NCBI GenBank assembly: GCA_951406725.2
Contig: OX597830.1
Location: forward strand, 72,912,001-72,976,000
Direction of reading: 5' to 3'
DNA length: 64,000 bases
Source: Octopus vulgaris
Lineage: Eukaryota
Shown here in pieces: positions 1 to 13,878 of the stretch. How positions within the stretch are numbered: the first letter of the stretch is position 1; every line of letters starts with the position of its first letter. The notes beneath the pieces are model-generated. The model had not been told where the DNA came from. It made no database searches and worked only from the letters and a program-made list of their open reading frames with translations. Made by a program: the position numbers and the translations under genes.

Positions 1-345
1 TAACAATAATAGCAATGGCGATGATAATAAATATAATAATAATAATGATAATACTAATAATGAGGAGGAGGAGGAGGAGGAGGAGGAGGACGGGGAGGAA
101 GAAGACATGGAAGAGAAGGACAAGAAGGAGGACGATGAGGAGTGGAAGGATGAAGGGGAGTAGGAGAAAAAGAAAAGAAAAGAAGAAATTTATTTAATAG
201 CTTTGATAATGATACTAATAAAAATTATGGGCGAATAAATGTGCTACCATCGATGTTTTTACATGATTGCATCGCTCTATATATATCTATATGTATGTAT
301 ATGTTGATACATCTATGTATATACATATATATATCTATATGTATG

Positions 346-413
<68 letters not shown>

Positions 414-549
414 CATATAAACATACATACATGCATATATACATATATATAAATGATGCGTCCTTGCTTTTTCCTGTCCCTCTTTGTATCTGTTGAGATG
501 GTTTATTGTCGTCTGTTACGTTTTTCTTCCATTGTTGGTATTCATATGT

Positions 550-631
<82 letters not shown>

Positions 632-774
632 ACAGTTAATAGTGTCATTGAGACCGAAAGGTGTCAGGTAATGCTGAATATGTGCTATAGACAGACCATA
701 GTTAAGTTCTAGATTCGGTAATATTGCGAATAAAGGGTTCAACGTTGGTTGTTTTTTATCTTATTACGCAAAAA

Positions 775-806
<32 letters not shown>

Positions 807-832
807 CATACTTATATATATATATATATATA

Positions 833-990
833 TAGAAGGTCTTACGGCTGTTTCTAGGATATATATTAATAATATCCCTAACTATGAACTTTCCTCTCAT
901 ACCATCTCCGATGAAGGGATATTAATAAATATCATAGAAACAGCTGTAAGACCTTCTATCTATAAATGCTCTTATATCTATACAGCCTTG
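833..990 (+). mobile_element. Fold-back (inverted-repeat) PLE-like non-autonomous element next to (TA)n
   Basis: Arms 833-879 and 915-959 are reverse complements; contains an HHR-like motif; flanked by a ~65-bp direct duplication. Confidence 0.55.
905..951 (+). ncRNA. Hammerhead-like motif (CCGAUGA core) in a fold-back element
   Basis: tct-CCGATGA-agggatatt...atatcata-GAAA-cagctg-TA-aga; palindromic stem III. The inverted left arm keeps the better stem II (aggga...tcct). Confidence 0.5.
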
Positions 991-1065
991 TTTTTTTATC
1001 TTATTACGCAAAAAAAATTATTATTATTATTATATATATATACACATACTTACTTGTATTTTTTT

Positions 1066-1170
1066 AAATGCACCATAAATGTTCAATATTAATGAAATCT
1101 GGAGACTGGAGTGGCCAGATAAGAATGTTCAACTTCACTAGAATGTTCTTCGTGCCATTCAGTCAGAAGT
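1066..1170 (-). mobile_element. Tc1 (DD34E) transposase fragment
   Basis: Minus strand WPLQSPDFINIEHLW. Confidence 0.6.
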
Positions 1171-1384
1171 TCTGATAACCATGTCTGGGTTCTCCTGGTG
1201 CATGGTGAAGGAGGAAGAGGAAGAAGGAGGAGGAGGATAGTGATGCTGATGATGATCAAAATGTCGATGATGTCAACGGAATGATGACGACGATGGTGAC
1301 AATATTAACAAAGATATAGATATTGTCATTGGTATTAACGACGAACATGATAATCTGTTTTGATAATGAAGGAAATGTTAACTG

Positions 1385-1430
<46 letters not shown>

Positions 1431-1479
1431 AACGACAAATGAGAGCGTTAAGAAACATACAGACATGTTGAGGGCTGTA

Positions 1480-1685
1480 TACTCTTTACTCTTTTACTTG
1501 TTTCAGTCATGTGACTGTGGCTATGCTGCAGCACCGCCTTTAGTCGACCAAATCGACCCCGGGACTTATTCTTTGTAAGTCTAGTACTTATTCTATCGGT
1601 CTCTGTTTGCCGAACCACAAAGTTACGGGGACGTAAACACAACAGCATCAGTTGTGAAGCGATGTTGGGGGGACAAACACATACA
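1480..1685 (-). mobile_element. SINE family A 3' half
   Basis: Reverse-complement match to 3960-4160. Confidence 0.8.
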
Positions 1686-1707
1686 TACAAGCACACACAC
1701 ACGCGTC

Positions 1708-1747
<40 letters not shown>

Positions 1748-2134
1748 TGAAGACGACAGATATATAGATAGATAGATAAATGGATAGATCAATAAACAGA
1801 CAGAGAGAGGCAGAGAGACAGATAGATAAGGTGGGAGAGAGAGAGAGACGTACATGCAGAGATCGAAATATACTGACAGTTATATTTATTGAAAGACTGC
1901 TTGTCTGATAGGTAGATACTTACATCTTGAAAAGCAATCTAAATAAATAGATTGCTAATTAGGTAGTTAGATTAGTTATAGCAAGATAAAATGGCCGATA
2001 CCTACCTAGGTACATAGACACGAGGACACACACACAAACTGAAACTGAAACACAGATATATGTGAGTTTCATTGTGCGTTTGTGTGTGTGCAAAAGTGCG
2101 TATGTATATATGTGTATATGTGTGTAAATATGTA

Positions 2135-2270
2135 TACGAGGGTCTGTTGAAAATTTGCTGGCTTTGGATAAATGAGAATACAAGAAGAACAGTTAATTAT
2201 GATTTTATTCCATATATTCTCCTCTCAGATTCACACACTTATTTTAGTGGCCCTTCAGTTTTGCTAAGCT
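2135..2270 (-). mobile_element. Mariner 3' end fragment
   Basis: TACGAGGG terminus and NKCVNLRGEYME* on the minus strand; related piece at ~22096-22297 (+). Confidence 0.5.
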
Positions 2271-2984
2271 GTGTATCAGAACTTGTGTGTGTGTGTTTGC
2301 GTGCGTACGAGTATATATATATTAAACATATACTAATGTTCACGTATATGTATTTATTGATATATATATATTTATATATCTGTGTAAGTGTCTCTATATT
2401 GTTGTATCCAAATATCTGTTGAGTGATCCACTGTTATACATTGTCTCTTTGCTAAATCATATCCTCTTAAAAACACCTATGCACAACTATAATATTATCA
2501 TCACTTCCGTTTTATTACAGTTTCGCGATAGTATCATTTATTCTGCCAACTAATAACGTCTTTCTTTCATCGTCCATCTACTTCACTTTAAATTAGGTAT
2601 CTCAGATACTGTCAAGTAGAACACTAATAAAACACAGGTCGTCCATCTGCGATTAAAGACTTCGATACCTAATGCTTTTTACTATCACAAAATAATCACA
2701 CACCGGATGTGTATAAAAATCAGTAAATATTAGAGTTTATACATTTTATCGGTTTATCTTTTTCACTTGTTTTACTCCCTGGACTGCGGCCAAGCTGAAG
2801 CATCACCGTTTCAGTCCAACAAGTCCGCATCAGTACCATTTTTTTTAAAAACTGAGCTGGAGTGTGTGGATTGAAAGCCTTGAGGCAGGAGCATAGATGA
2901 ACATATGTTTATATATGTGTATATATGTATATATGTCTGTGCGCATACATACATGCGCACATATATATTGAGAGAGTGAGAGAG

Positions 2985-3738
2985 AGAAGGAGCGATGGGT
3001 AAATTGTCGCCATCTTATATGTTTAATTTTGTGCATGTGCATTGTTTGTTTTTTCTTTTGTTGACTAAACTATATCGTAGAATCAGTCGGGCACAATTTG
3101 TGAGAAAAACAGCACCATGACATAATTCCCTCTGCCAGAAATTTGGTACGACCTGGTCTACTGCTTGGCATTTGCGCCGGAATCTTAAATACGAAGAGAA
3201 CATTCGTTTGCATTCCCTGTCTCCAAAACATGCACCGACTGTGATAAAAATCAAACATCAAGTCAACATCATTGCGTTTGGCGTGATCACTAATGATGGC
3301 GACATTCTCCCGCTATTCATCTTCCCATACGGCCTCAGACTCAACATGGATCTCTACATCAAGTGCCTGGAGGTCAAGAGGAAGCCTGCTAGAAAACCCT
3401 ATATCTGGCGACAGGACTCTGCACCATGCAGTCATGGCTATCAGAAGATTTCTGCGACCGCACCGCACCAAACATCTGTCCACCTAACTCCAAACGCCAA
3501 AGATGAACTGAAGGCAAAGATTATGGCAGCATTCACGAATTTAAACAAGGAGACCGTCCAAAATAGTTGCAGGAGACTTCGAAATCGTCTGGAGGCCGTG
3601 GATGAAGCCAATGACGATTTTATTGAATAAGTCTACTCTTTAGTATTTCAAGATATGTTTATATCTGTTAAAATGAGATGTCTGTGTTATTCTAATTTTG
3701 CATTATTTAGACGACAATATGTTTTCCGAACCGGGGGT
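2985..3738 (+). mobile_element. Tc1/mariner-superfamily relic, probably maT/DD37D-like
   Basis: ORF 3172-3630 IIAFGVITNDG...FIFPYGLRLN...YIKCL...PYIWRQDSAPC; degenerate terminal inverted repeats; same 3' end at 51248-51397. Confidence 0.7.
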
Positions 3739-3764
3739 ATATATATATATATATATATACCACT

Positions 3765-4160
3765 GGAGTGGCTGTGTGGTAAGTAGCTTGTTTACCAACC
3801 ACATAGTTCCGGGTTCAGTCCCACTGCGCGGCATCTTGGGCAAGTGTCTTCTGCTATAGCCCCGGGTCGACCAATGCCTTGTGAGTGGATTTGGTAGATG
3901 GAAACTGAAAGAAGCCTGTCGTATATATGTATGTATATGTATGTGTGTGTTTGTGTGTCTATGTTTGTCCCCATAGCATTGCTTGACAACCGATGCTGGT
4001 GTGTTTACGTCCCCGTCACTTAGCGGTTCGGCAAAACAGACCGATAGACTAAGTACTGGACTTACAAAGAATAAGTCCATGGGGTCAATTTGCTCGGCTA
4101 AAGGCGGTGCTCCAGTATGGCCGCAGTCAAATGACTGAAACAAGTAAAAGAGTAAAAGAG
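3765..4160 (+). mobile_element. tRNA-derived SINE family A (internal microsatellite), full length
   Basis: tRNA-like head with A/B boxes (gtggctgtgtggt...ggttcagtcc), internal TA/TG tract, tail gaaacaagtaaaagagtaaaagag; many copies in the window. Confidence 0.85.
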
Positions 4161-5974
4161 AATGTACTCGTCGGGCTCTTTCAGTTCCAATCTGTCAAAA
4201 TCACTCACAAATATCTAGTCGGCATGGGGCTGTATTACGTGTCACGCAATGGGACTGAATCGAGACTCATGCGGTTGGGAAGTAAATTTCATTCCACGCG
4301 CACCCCCACTTGCACATACATAGTAAATATATATCTACTAAATGAAGCGGTTGAGTCCATAGAGGATCCCTGATATTATCGCTAACCAAGTTTATGCCAC
4401 AGGAATGAATTTGTACCAATTAATTCAGTGTGTGTGTGGACATGTGATATTTAATGCAGCGATCATTTAAAAATAAAAGTCATCTATAAATAATTATGTG
4501 ATATTGGGAGGGGTATCAAAAGAAATGTACTTATTTTCGTTCCGGTTGGTTTATATGCAATATAAAACTGAACAACCGTAATCTAATACCTCTAATCTTA
4601 CTTGTTTCTGCACTCTATGCTCCTCCATTCTGTGTCGTAGTAGTAATTATATTCTGAAACCAATGACTTGTGTTCTTTCATTCTTGTATTCTCGTATTCT
4701 TTTATTGTTATATTTGGGAATTTTTACTCATGTTTCAGATGTAGGTTTCTGCCCATGCTTGTGTATCGCCCTGAGGTTTTAATCGAAGACATATTTACCA
4801 AACACTTATCGAAAAACTGGTATTAGATTTTTGGGTCTCCTTTTGCCGAACCTCTCAATCACAGGGAGGCAAACAAACCAATAGTCCAGCGATGGGGACA
4901 CAGCTGCAAAGACGTACACACACAGAGACAAAAATCAAATATATGTCGTTGCTATTATGTTAAACTGTCGTATGTTCCAATTTGGCGTTTTTAAAATTAT
5001 TTAATTTTGCCTGCAATAACTGGAACAAGTAAAAGATATACAATAAAAGACAAGTAAACTACTAGTGGCCGACCTGAGACTGGACTACAAAACTTACATT
5101 ATGATATTTCTCTTACCTTCACATTTTACTCACTGCAGGTGCATATTCTACTGGACATAAAGCAACACACACGTGTACGCACACTTACACACACAGACAG
5201 ACACTCACACACATACATAAGCATACACTCAGAGAGAGACAGACAGAGGGGTAGGAAGAGAGAATGAGAGAAAAATTATTATTTCTACTCAAGGCACAAG
5301 GCCCGAAATTTGGGGGAAGGAACAAGTCGATTAGATCGACACCAGAACACAACTGGTACTGAATTTATCGACTGCGAAAGGATGACAGGCAAATTCGACC
5401 TCGGTGGATTGAGAGAGAAATTATTATTAATTCATTAATTCAGATATGTGCACGTATAAAAGACATGAAGTTGAAAATACCAAGAGAATGTATTAAAATT
5501 TAATAATATTTTAAAGTTTAGAATTACAATTTCCCAGTTTTGTATTTGATATTCAAAAGCGTATAGAATATGGAGCAAATTATGTCTATTCTAGCCGTTG
5601 TTACACACACATACACACACACACACACATCGAAATCGAGATGATTCGTTTTGGAATGATCAAAATCGAAATAGAGAAGAGTCGAAGTCTACAGTGGTAC
5701 TCGAATCCACGACATCCATATGTACCACAGAAGTTCTACCATTAGATCAAAGCAATCGTTCGAATTTCTCTGTCCGTTTTAGAAACTTCAATCTCACCAG
5801 CGAAAATTATGTTATTGATAGCGTAAGAATTCTATAAATTTTCCAGTAATCTTGTGAACCTCGAAGCAGTTAGACCTATAAATAATCGAGTAGAAATTAA
5901 ATCAATATTTAATTTACACATTTTTATTTAGAAAAAAGCAAGAGCATATATACATACATATATTTTTTTTTGTT

Positions 5975-6263
5975 TGTTCCTTCTCGAGCCATGCCTGGCT
6001 CATAAGGACCGGTTTCCCGGTTTCTTGGCGTATAGGTTTCCCACCTGGACGGATGCCCATCCGTCGCAGTGAGCTGCAAGATGAAAGAGTGAGAGAAAGT
6101 TGTAGCGAATGAGTCAGCAGAAGTTCGCCAATACCTTCTGCCAGAGCTACGTGAAGCTTACGTGTTTCGCTCATAAATACACACTCATCGCCCGGTCTGA
6201 GATTCGAACCCACGATCACTCGACCGCGAGTCCACTGCTCTAACCACTAGGCCATGTGCCTCC
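5975..6263 (-). mobile_element. SINE family B2 copy
   Basis: Reverse-complement match to 62687-62985. Confidence 0.75.
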
Positions 6264-6653
6264 AAATACATTTATTTGTGTTATAGTTTGTGTTCGATAC
6301 ATTTATTCAGCCTATCGCGTCATGATATGTCAAGCGACGACAAAGAGAATAAAAAAACAGTAAGTTCACCTATGCACGGCATTTACCTACTACCCATCAC
6401 CTTACGTATAGAATTTGTGAGTAATTAATTTGTGTGTGATTAATCATTAACATTCAAGAATATTAGTATGGGTTGTTAAGAAGCCGTTTCAATTATCACG
6501 TTTACAAAGACGCACTTTTCGAAAAGGGCAAAGAGTGCATATATAAGATCAGAGGAATGGATTAATATGCTCGGGTTTCATATTTCGTACTATACGTATA
6601 CAGGAGTGTCTGTGTGTGTGTGTTTGTGTCTGTGTGGTGTTTGTGTGTGTGTC

Positions 6654-6684
<31 letters not shown>

Positions 6685-6690
6685 ATTCAC

Positions 6691-6758
<68 letters not shown>

Positions 6759-6919
6759 GCATTTGAATGAATAAAGTTATATATACTTATATGCCTATGT
6801 ACGTATAAATGTATATATATTTTAATTAAACATTTATATACATATAGTATATATCTAATACATAAGAATATAACTGCTTGTAAATACAAACACACACACA
6901 CATGTGTACGTATATAATT

Positions 6920-6990
<71 letters not shown>

Positions 6991-7591
6991 AGGCTGTTCT
7001 TTTGGGAGAAGTTTTCGTTTTCATATATCTATATTCACATGTTTTAATTAAAGTTCCTATATTAGTTATTATGCAGTTTTTTCTGAGAAAGTTGTATTAT
7101 CAGGAGTATACATGAACTCTCATAAGGATAACAAGGCAAATTTAGCTAAAGCGTGGTTTCACAAGGAATGTAGAAGAAACCAAATCTGGATATACATACA
7201 TATGTATGTGTTTATCTATCTATCTTTCTATCTACCAACCTACCAAATTACCAACGTACCTACTACCTACCTACCTACCTACCTACCTAACTACCTACCT
7301 ACCTACCTACCTACATACCTACCTACCTGTGTTATTAAAGCTGGCACTTATTCATTCGGTTTCTACTGTCGAACCGTTGAATTCCGGGGACGCAAACACG
7401 CAAACACTGGGTGTCAAGCGGTAGCAGTTCCAAATACAGAGACAAAGATACATAAAACACACACACACACACACGCACACACATACACACACACACACAC
7501 ACATACGCCCGCACGTACAGAGACACACACATATACGTACAAGTTGCCGCTTCTGTGTTATATATATATATATATAGTTAATATACATACA

Positions 7592-7984
7592 TACTCTTTA
7601 CTCTTTTACTTGTTTCAGTCATTTGACTGCGGCCATGCTGGAGCACCGCCTTTAGTCGAGCAAATCAACCCCGGGACTTATTCTTTGGAAGCCCAGTACT
7701 TATTCTATCGGTGTCTTTTGCCGAACTGCTAAGTGACGAAGACGTAAACACACCATCATCGGTTGTCAAGCAATGCTAGGGCGACAAACACAGACACACA
7801 AACACACACACGCATACATACATACGACAGGCTTCTTTCAGTTTCTGCCTACCAAATCCACTCACAAGTCATTGGTCGGCCCGGGGCTATAGCAGAAGAC
7901 ACTTGCCCAAGATGCCACGACGCAGTGGGACTGAACCCGGAACCATGTGGTTGGTTAGCAAGCTACTTACCACACAGCCACTCA
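7592..7984 (-). mobile_element. SINE family A copy
   Basis: Reverse-complement match to 3765-4160. Confidence 0.85.
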
Positions 7985-8004
7985 TATATATATATATATA
8001 TATA

Positions 8005-8022
8005 TAGTTGTGTTTCCTCAGG

Positions 8023-8060
<38 letters not shown>

Positions 8061-8079
8061 CCTGAGGAAACACAACTAG
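8005..8079. repeat. Palindrome with a (TA)n loop
   Basis: tagttgtgtttcctcaggc-(TA)n-gcctgaggaaacacaacta. Confidence 0.7.
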
Positions 8080-8591
8080 ATCTCATATTACAGGGAAGCG
8101 GTTACATAACCGATTACCTACAGGCCTGGAGAACTACGCTAGGGGGAAACCATTGTAGTGATTCCAAACGGATGTCCGACTGTACTTCTTGTTGGCTCCA
8201 ACTTGTTGAATTATCTATTCACACACTACTGAAGCCCCAATGCAAATCTAGAAGTAAGTATACTTGGATAGCACTGGGTGAAAGCTGAAGGTGGAAGAGC
8301 ATTATATTGTACTCTACGACGTTCTTAACAGAATATAACATAACTATGTGTGTGTGTGTGTGTAAGTATATGCACGAACGACAACTTTCAGTTACCATCC
8401 ACCAAATCCACTAGCAAGACTATGGTCTGCTCCAAGTCTATTGTAGAAGACGAGTAACCAACATTCCATGTGTGTGTGTGTGTGTGTGTGTATTAGGAGC
8501 ACTCCATCGGTTACGACGACGAGGGTCCCAGCTGATACGATCAACAGAACAGTGTACACGAGAAATTAACGTGCAAGTGGTTCTGTATTCC

Positions 8592-8934
8592 ACAGACACT
8601 GTACCTATTCCTTTACTACCCACAAGCGACTAAACACAGGGGACAAACGAGGACAGACATACGGAATAAAGTCGATTACATCGACCCCAGTGCGTAACTG
8701 ATACTAAATTTATCGACCCCCGAAAGGATGAAAGGCAAAGTCGACCTCGGCGGAATACAGACACTGTACCTATTCCTTTACTACCCATAAGGGGCTAAAC
8801 ACAGAGGGGACAAACGCGGACAGACATACGGAATAAAGTCGATTACATCGACCCCAGTGCGTAACTGGTACTTAATTTTTCGACCCCGAAAGGATGAAAG
8901 GCAAAGTCGACCTCGGCGGAATACAGACACTGTA
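8592..8934 (-). mobile_element. Tandem duplication of a truncated family C SINE bounded by three TSD copies
   Basis: acagacactgta at 8592, 8757 and 8923 separates two ~154-bp SINE C units. Confidence 0.8.
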
Positions 8935-9101
8935 TTTTTAAAGCAGTTCCCAAACAGATTCAGCGTAACACAGAGCTACTACACATTGTTGCCAGCTGAG
9001 TGAACTGGAACAACGTTAAAAGGTCACAAGGCGTCGCCGAGAATTGAACTCACGACCTTAAAATTGTGAACTGAATTTCCCAGCCACGCGCCTTACACAC
9101 A

Positions 9102-9136
<35 letters not shown>

Positions 9137-9180
9137 AGACATATATAACACACGTGTGTTATGGCCGATGTACTCAATCA

Positions 9181-9568
9181 TGGAAGCACTCCGTCGGTTA
9201 CGACGATGAGGGTTCCGGTTGATCCGAATCAACGGAACAGCCTGCTCGTGAAATTAACGTGTAAGTGGCTGAGCACTCCATAGACACGTGTACCATTAAC
9301 GTAGTTCTCGGGGATATTCAGCGTGACACAGAGAGTGACAAGGCCGGCCCCTTGAAATACAGGTACAACAGAAACAGGAAGTAAGAGTGAGAGAAAGTTG
9401 TGGTGAAAGAGTACAGCAGGGATCACCACCATCCCCTGCCGGAGCCTCGTGGAGCTTTTTTTAGGTGTTTTCGCTCAATAAATACTCACACCGCCCGGTC
9501 TGGGAATCGAAACCGCGATCCTATGACCGCGAGTCCGCTGCCCTAACAACTGGGCCATTGCGCCTCCA
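9181..9568 (-). mobile_element. tRNA-derived SINE family B, full length and young
   Basis: Head tggaggcgcaatggcccag...ggtttcgattcc; nearly identical to 54427-54810 and 59272-59655. Confidence 0.85.
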
Positions 9569-9921
9569 CTCAAACATATTTACACATTGATGTCAAAATT
9601 TCAGATAATTAATTATTCTAAACTTTAGCACAAACATTTTTTGCAAGTGGTATGTTAATCCCTATAGGGAGGTAACTGAGCCAGCAGCAGAACGAGTATT
9701 CCGTATCTACAAGGTAAATCTAAAACGTAGCGTACTAAATGACACTTAATGTTTAATTTCTAAAAACTATTACTATCATGACAATTAAAGCAGGTTATTT
9801 ACAAATATTTGATATATTCCAAACCCGCTGAGAAATATTGTTGTTGCTTTCTTCCTCCTCCTCCATCTTCTTCTTCTTCTGTTTCTTCTTCTTCTCATCA
9901 TCATTATTATTGTTGTTGTTG

Positions 9922-9995
<74 letters not shown>

Positions 9996-10008
9996 TAGTT
10001 TTATTTTT

Positions 10009-10310
10009 ATAACGTGCTTTCACTTCACTACCGAGCGCAGCTCTGTGTGCCTTGGGTATGTGCTGTGATTTGTTGTGATGCTCTGATGGCTATTGTATGG
10101 AATGTGTTCTGCGTAGGATGTGTGCAGTGCTTAGTAGTGCAATTTTCTGTATGTTATATGTGTTTGTAAGTCCTGGTGTTTTTGTTATGTATTTGTCTGA
10201 ATATTTTTTTATCATGCCTAATGCACCTACTATGATAGGAATTGTTTCTGTTTTTAGATTCCACATTCTGCTTACCTCTATTTCCAGGTCTTTGTATTTT
10301 GAGAGTTATT
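10009..10310 (-). mobile_element. 3' fragment of another R4-like element beside (TTA)n
   Basis: Minus strand resembles the C-terminal IPIIVGALG...IQKIALLSTAHILR motif. Confidence 0.6.
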
Positions 10311-10417
10311 TTTTTTCTTCATGATCTCTGACTACTATATCTGGTCTGTTGGCCTTAATTTCTCTATCTGTGTGTATCGGCATATCCCAGAGTATGGTTG
10401 CTTTCTCTATAATAATA

Positions 10418-10482
<65 letters not shown>

Positions 10483-10503
10483 CATTATTATAATTATTAT
10501 TAC

Positions 10504-11222
10504 CTTTGCACAGCTTCTAACGCTGGAGATGTACTACGGTGTAAGCTGTTCACTACCAGTGAACTAAGGTAACTCCTCTTATGTTTCGAGCACCATCCGG
10601 AGTTTTCGAGCGGTTCCAAGCAGTGCTGTTTTCTGCAAGTGCTCCACCCTTATTGCAACCTCTATTTGTTCCACGTACTTCTCGAGATTTTTGCTCAATG
10701 TTCCCAGTGCTCAGACAATTATTGTTACCACCACTACCTTTTTCATCGACCACAACTGCTTAACTACCCAAGCTAACCTGTCATATCTCCCGACTTTTCT
10801 TTCTTTCTTATCGCATACATTGTTGTCAGGTGAGCATGATATATCTATGCTATATCCAGCATAGTTTGTTTTCTTTGTCAATTAAGACTATGTCTGGCTT
10901 CCTATTCTCTATCTCATGGTTGCACTGAATCATAAAATCCCATAGGATCTTTACATTTCTATTTTCGACGATGCCTTCAGGCTTGTGTTCGTACTAATTT
11001 TTTGCTCTGTCAAGTCCATACTTGTTGCAAAGTGCCCAATGGACAAACCTGGCTATATTGTCATGGCGTCTCTTATATTCCTTCTGGGCCAGCGGCGTAC
11101 GTTTGGTGGTAATATGCCATACAGTTTCACCGTTTTGTTCACAGATTCTGCACTTCTCACATTCTGCTGTGTTGTCTATTCTGTATTTTATGTAGTTTGT
11201 TCCTAATGCTTGCTCTTGGGTA
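10504..11222 (-). mobile_element. 5'-truncated copy of the 43857-47278 R4-like family
   Basis: CRICEQNGETVWHIT...EYKRRHDNIARFVHWALC; 3' UTR matches 47213-47276 and abuts (TTA)n. Confidence 0.8.
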
Positions 11223-11329
11223 ATTATCATTATTATATTTTCCCCCTTCTTTCTTCAAATTTTCTTCAATTTGTCGCCGCGTGTTTTCCGTACACCTAGG
11301 GCATAGAATCTCATTGTATGCATTCCCAG

Positions 11330-11389
11330 ATTATTATTAGTATTATTTATTATTATTATTATTATCATCAATTCTATTACTACTACTAC

Positions 11390-11442
<53 letters not shown>

Positions 11443-11493
11443 TTATTATTATTATTACTATTATTATTACTATTATTATTACTATTATTATTA

Positions 11494-11556
<63 letters not shown>

Positions 11557-11735
11557 TATATTTGACTTTTGCTTTATATTTGTACAAGTCTCACCAAGAG
11601 ACCTCAAGAGACAACAGGTTGGAAGTGCATGTTGTTGTTATGCATAGCGTGCCATATATTTGGGCTTTTTTGGGGGGGGGTTTACTAGTGAATGTCCCAA
11701 AAAAAACGAAAATTATGTTTGTTTTAAACACTGAG

Positions 11736-11816
<81 letters not shown>

Positions 11817-11833
11817 TCTATTCTATTACATTA

Positions 11834-11869
<36 letters not shown>

Positions 11870-11884
11870 TATTAATTGTTATTA

Positions 11885-11920
<36 letters not shown>

Positions 11921-11928
11921 TATTATTA

Positions 11929-11984
<56 letters not shown>

Positions 11985-12004
11985 TCTATTACAATTGTTA
12001 TTAC

Positions 12005-12035
<31 letters not shown>

Positions 12036-12159
12036 TCTATTACAATTGTTGTTACTATTATTATTATTATTATTTTTATTATTATTATAATCATTATTAT
12101 TATTAATTCTATTACAATTGTTATTACTATTATTATTATTATTATTGTTATTATTATTA

Positions 12160-12193
<34 letters not shown>

Positions 12194-12225
12194 CATCATT
12201 ATTATTATTATTGCTATTATTGCTG
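11330..12225. repeat. Large degenerate (TTA)n array with a higher-order unit
   Basis: (ATT)n with recurring aattctattacaattgtt units. Confidence 0.9.
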
Positions 12226-12948
12226 TTTGAGTGAGACTCTACGACATTCTAAGAATCTCTGCACTCATCTCAAGCCTCTACTTCATCTATCACTTCTCAG
12301 GTAGAGTCTGTCCATATAGATATTTCTGTGGAGATTTCCAGCTGACGTAACTATCAAGCAGATTTTATCCTCGGTGGGGTGAATTTCCTCTACAGATGAG
12401 TCAAGTATCCAAAATGTTGAAATCAGCTCTGGTACTACAAATCTATTGAGGAATTCCATTTGCCATAATTTTGTAAATCTAGGATGATATTCTAAGGTCA
12501 CTCTAACCTTTTTCAGAGTACCTTCGTATAATATTTTTTTCTGCAATACCTAAGTGCTTGTACCAGTTTTTATGTGGAACGGGAGTAATAGTGAGAGCAC
12601 TGGTGCACAGGTTTTGTGTCTGGAGGACTGATTTTCCCCCCTTCAACAATCAAATATTAACATTTCTATTCGTTAAATTCCATTCCTATGTCAACTACAA
12701 TTATTGTAATTAATTCCAGCTGTTTTTTTTTTTTTTTTTTTTTTTGGAATTGTTAACATTTTTAGAATAAGCATGTATGTATGCATGTATATAGATAGAT
12801 ATATGCGCGCGTATATAAATAACTATATGCATATATATTCACTTCTATGCGTGTTTGTGTGTATCTTATAGATATATATATATATATATATGTGTGCGTG
12901 TGAGTATATATATTACATTTATATAATGTGTATTTATATATATGCGTA

Positions 12949-12992
<44 letters not shown>

Positions 12993-13297
12993 ACTCGTAT
13001 ATATCTGTGCATTCATTGCGTATCCTGCATTGGAACTTTCATATCAGTTTTTCATTGTAGTTATGAATATATCTGAACAACAGAGATATGAGTATAGGTA
13101 TAAATGTATATTCAGAAAAGGATAGAAACATTCTGTAGCATTGCCTCCGCAATTCGAACGCTCTCTTAACAGTAAACATAGGTTTGTGTCTTTGTGTGTA
13201 CAAATGTGTATGCATCTGTGTATGTATGTATGTATGTATGTATGTAGGTAGGTAGGTATATATATATATGCATGTATAGCTATATGACTATATGAAA

Positions 13298-13353
<56 letters not shown>

Positions 13354-13369
13354 CATGCATACATGTATA

Positions 13370-13411
<42 letters not shown>

Positions 13412-13457
13412 CATGTATATATTTATATATATATATATATATATATATGCATACATG

Positions 13458-13507
<50 letters not shown>

Positions 13508-13821
13508 TATGTAATATATGTATATATATTACATATACATATATATGTACATATAAATATATGTATTTGCGCAGTAATTACTTAATACATTTCCCCAGGA
13601 GGCAGAGAGAGTTGTTTTAAAGCCGCGAGTTAAATATCTCCCCTCGGGGATTCAACATTTCTGGCTATCATCTTCAAACTGGCGCTATATTATATAATTT
13701 ATTAATTAAATATCTCTTTATTTAATGCTGTTCCTACTGCGACTGCTGCAGCTAAAAAACAAGCGGTGATAGTCGACAAACACAGACAGGAAGATACGCC
13801 CACGCCCATACATTTGTGTAC

Positions 13822-13878
<57 letters not shown>

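Noticed and set aside
8592-8934. Regularly spaced 12-bp direct repeats resembling a CRISPR array
   Set aside because: Eukaryotic DNA; the spacers are duplicate SINE fragments and the repeats are TSDs.
12235-12720. Minus-strand 87-aa ORF in a non-repetitive-looking block beside the TTA array
   Set aside because: No recognisable motif; probably a decayed TE that cannot be assigned by eye.
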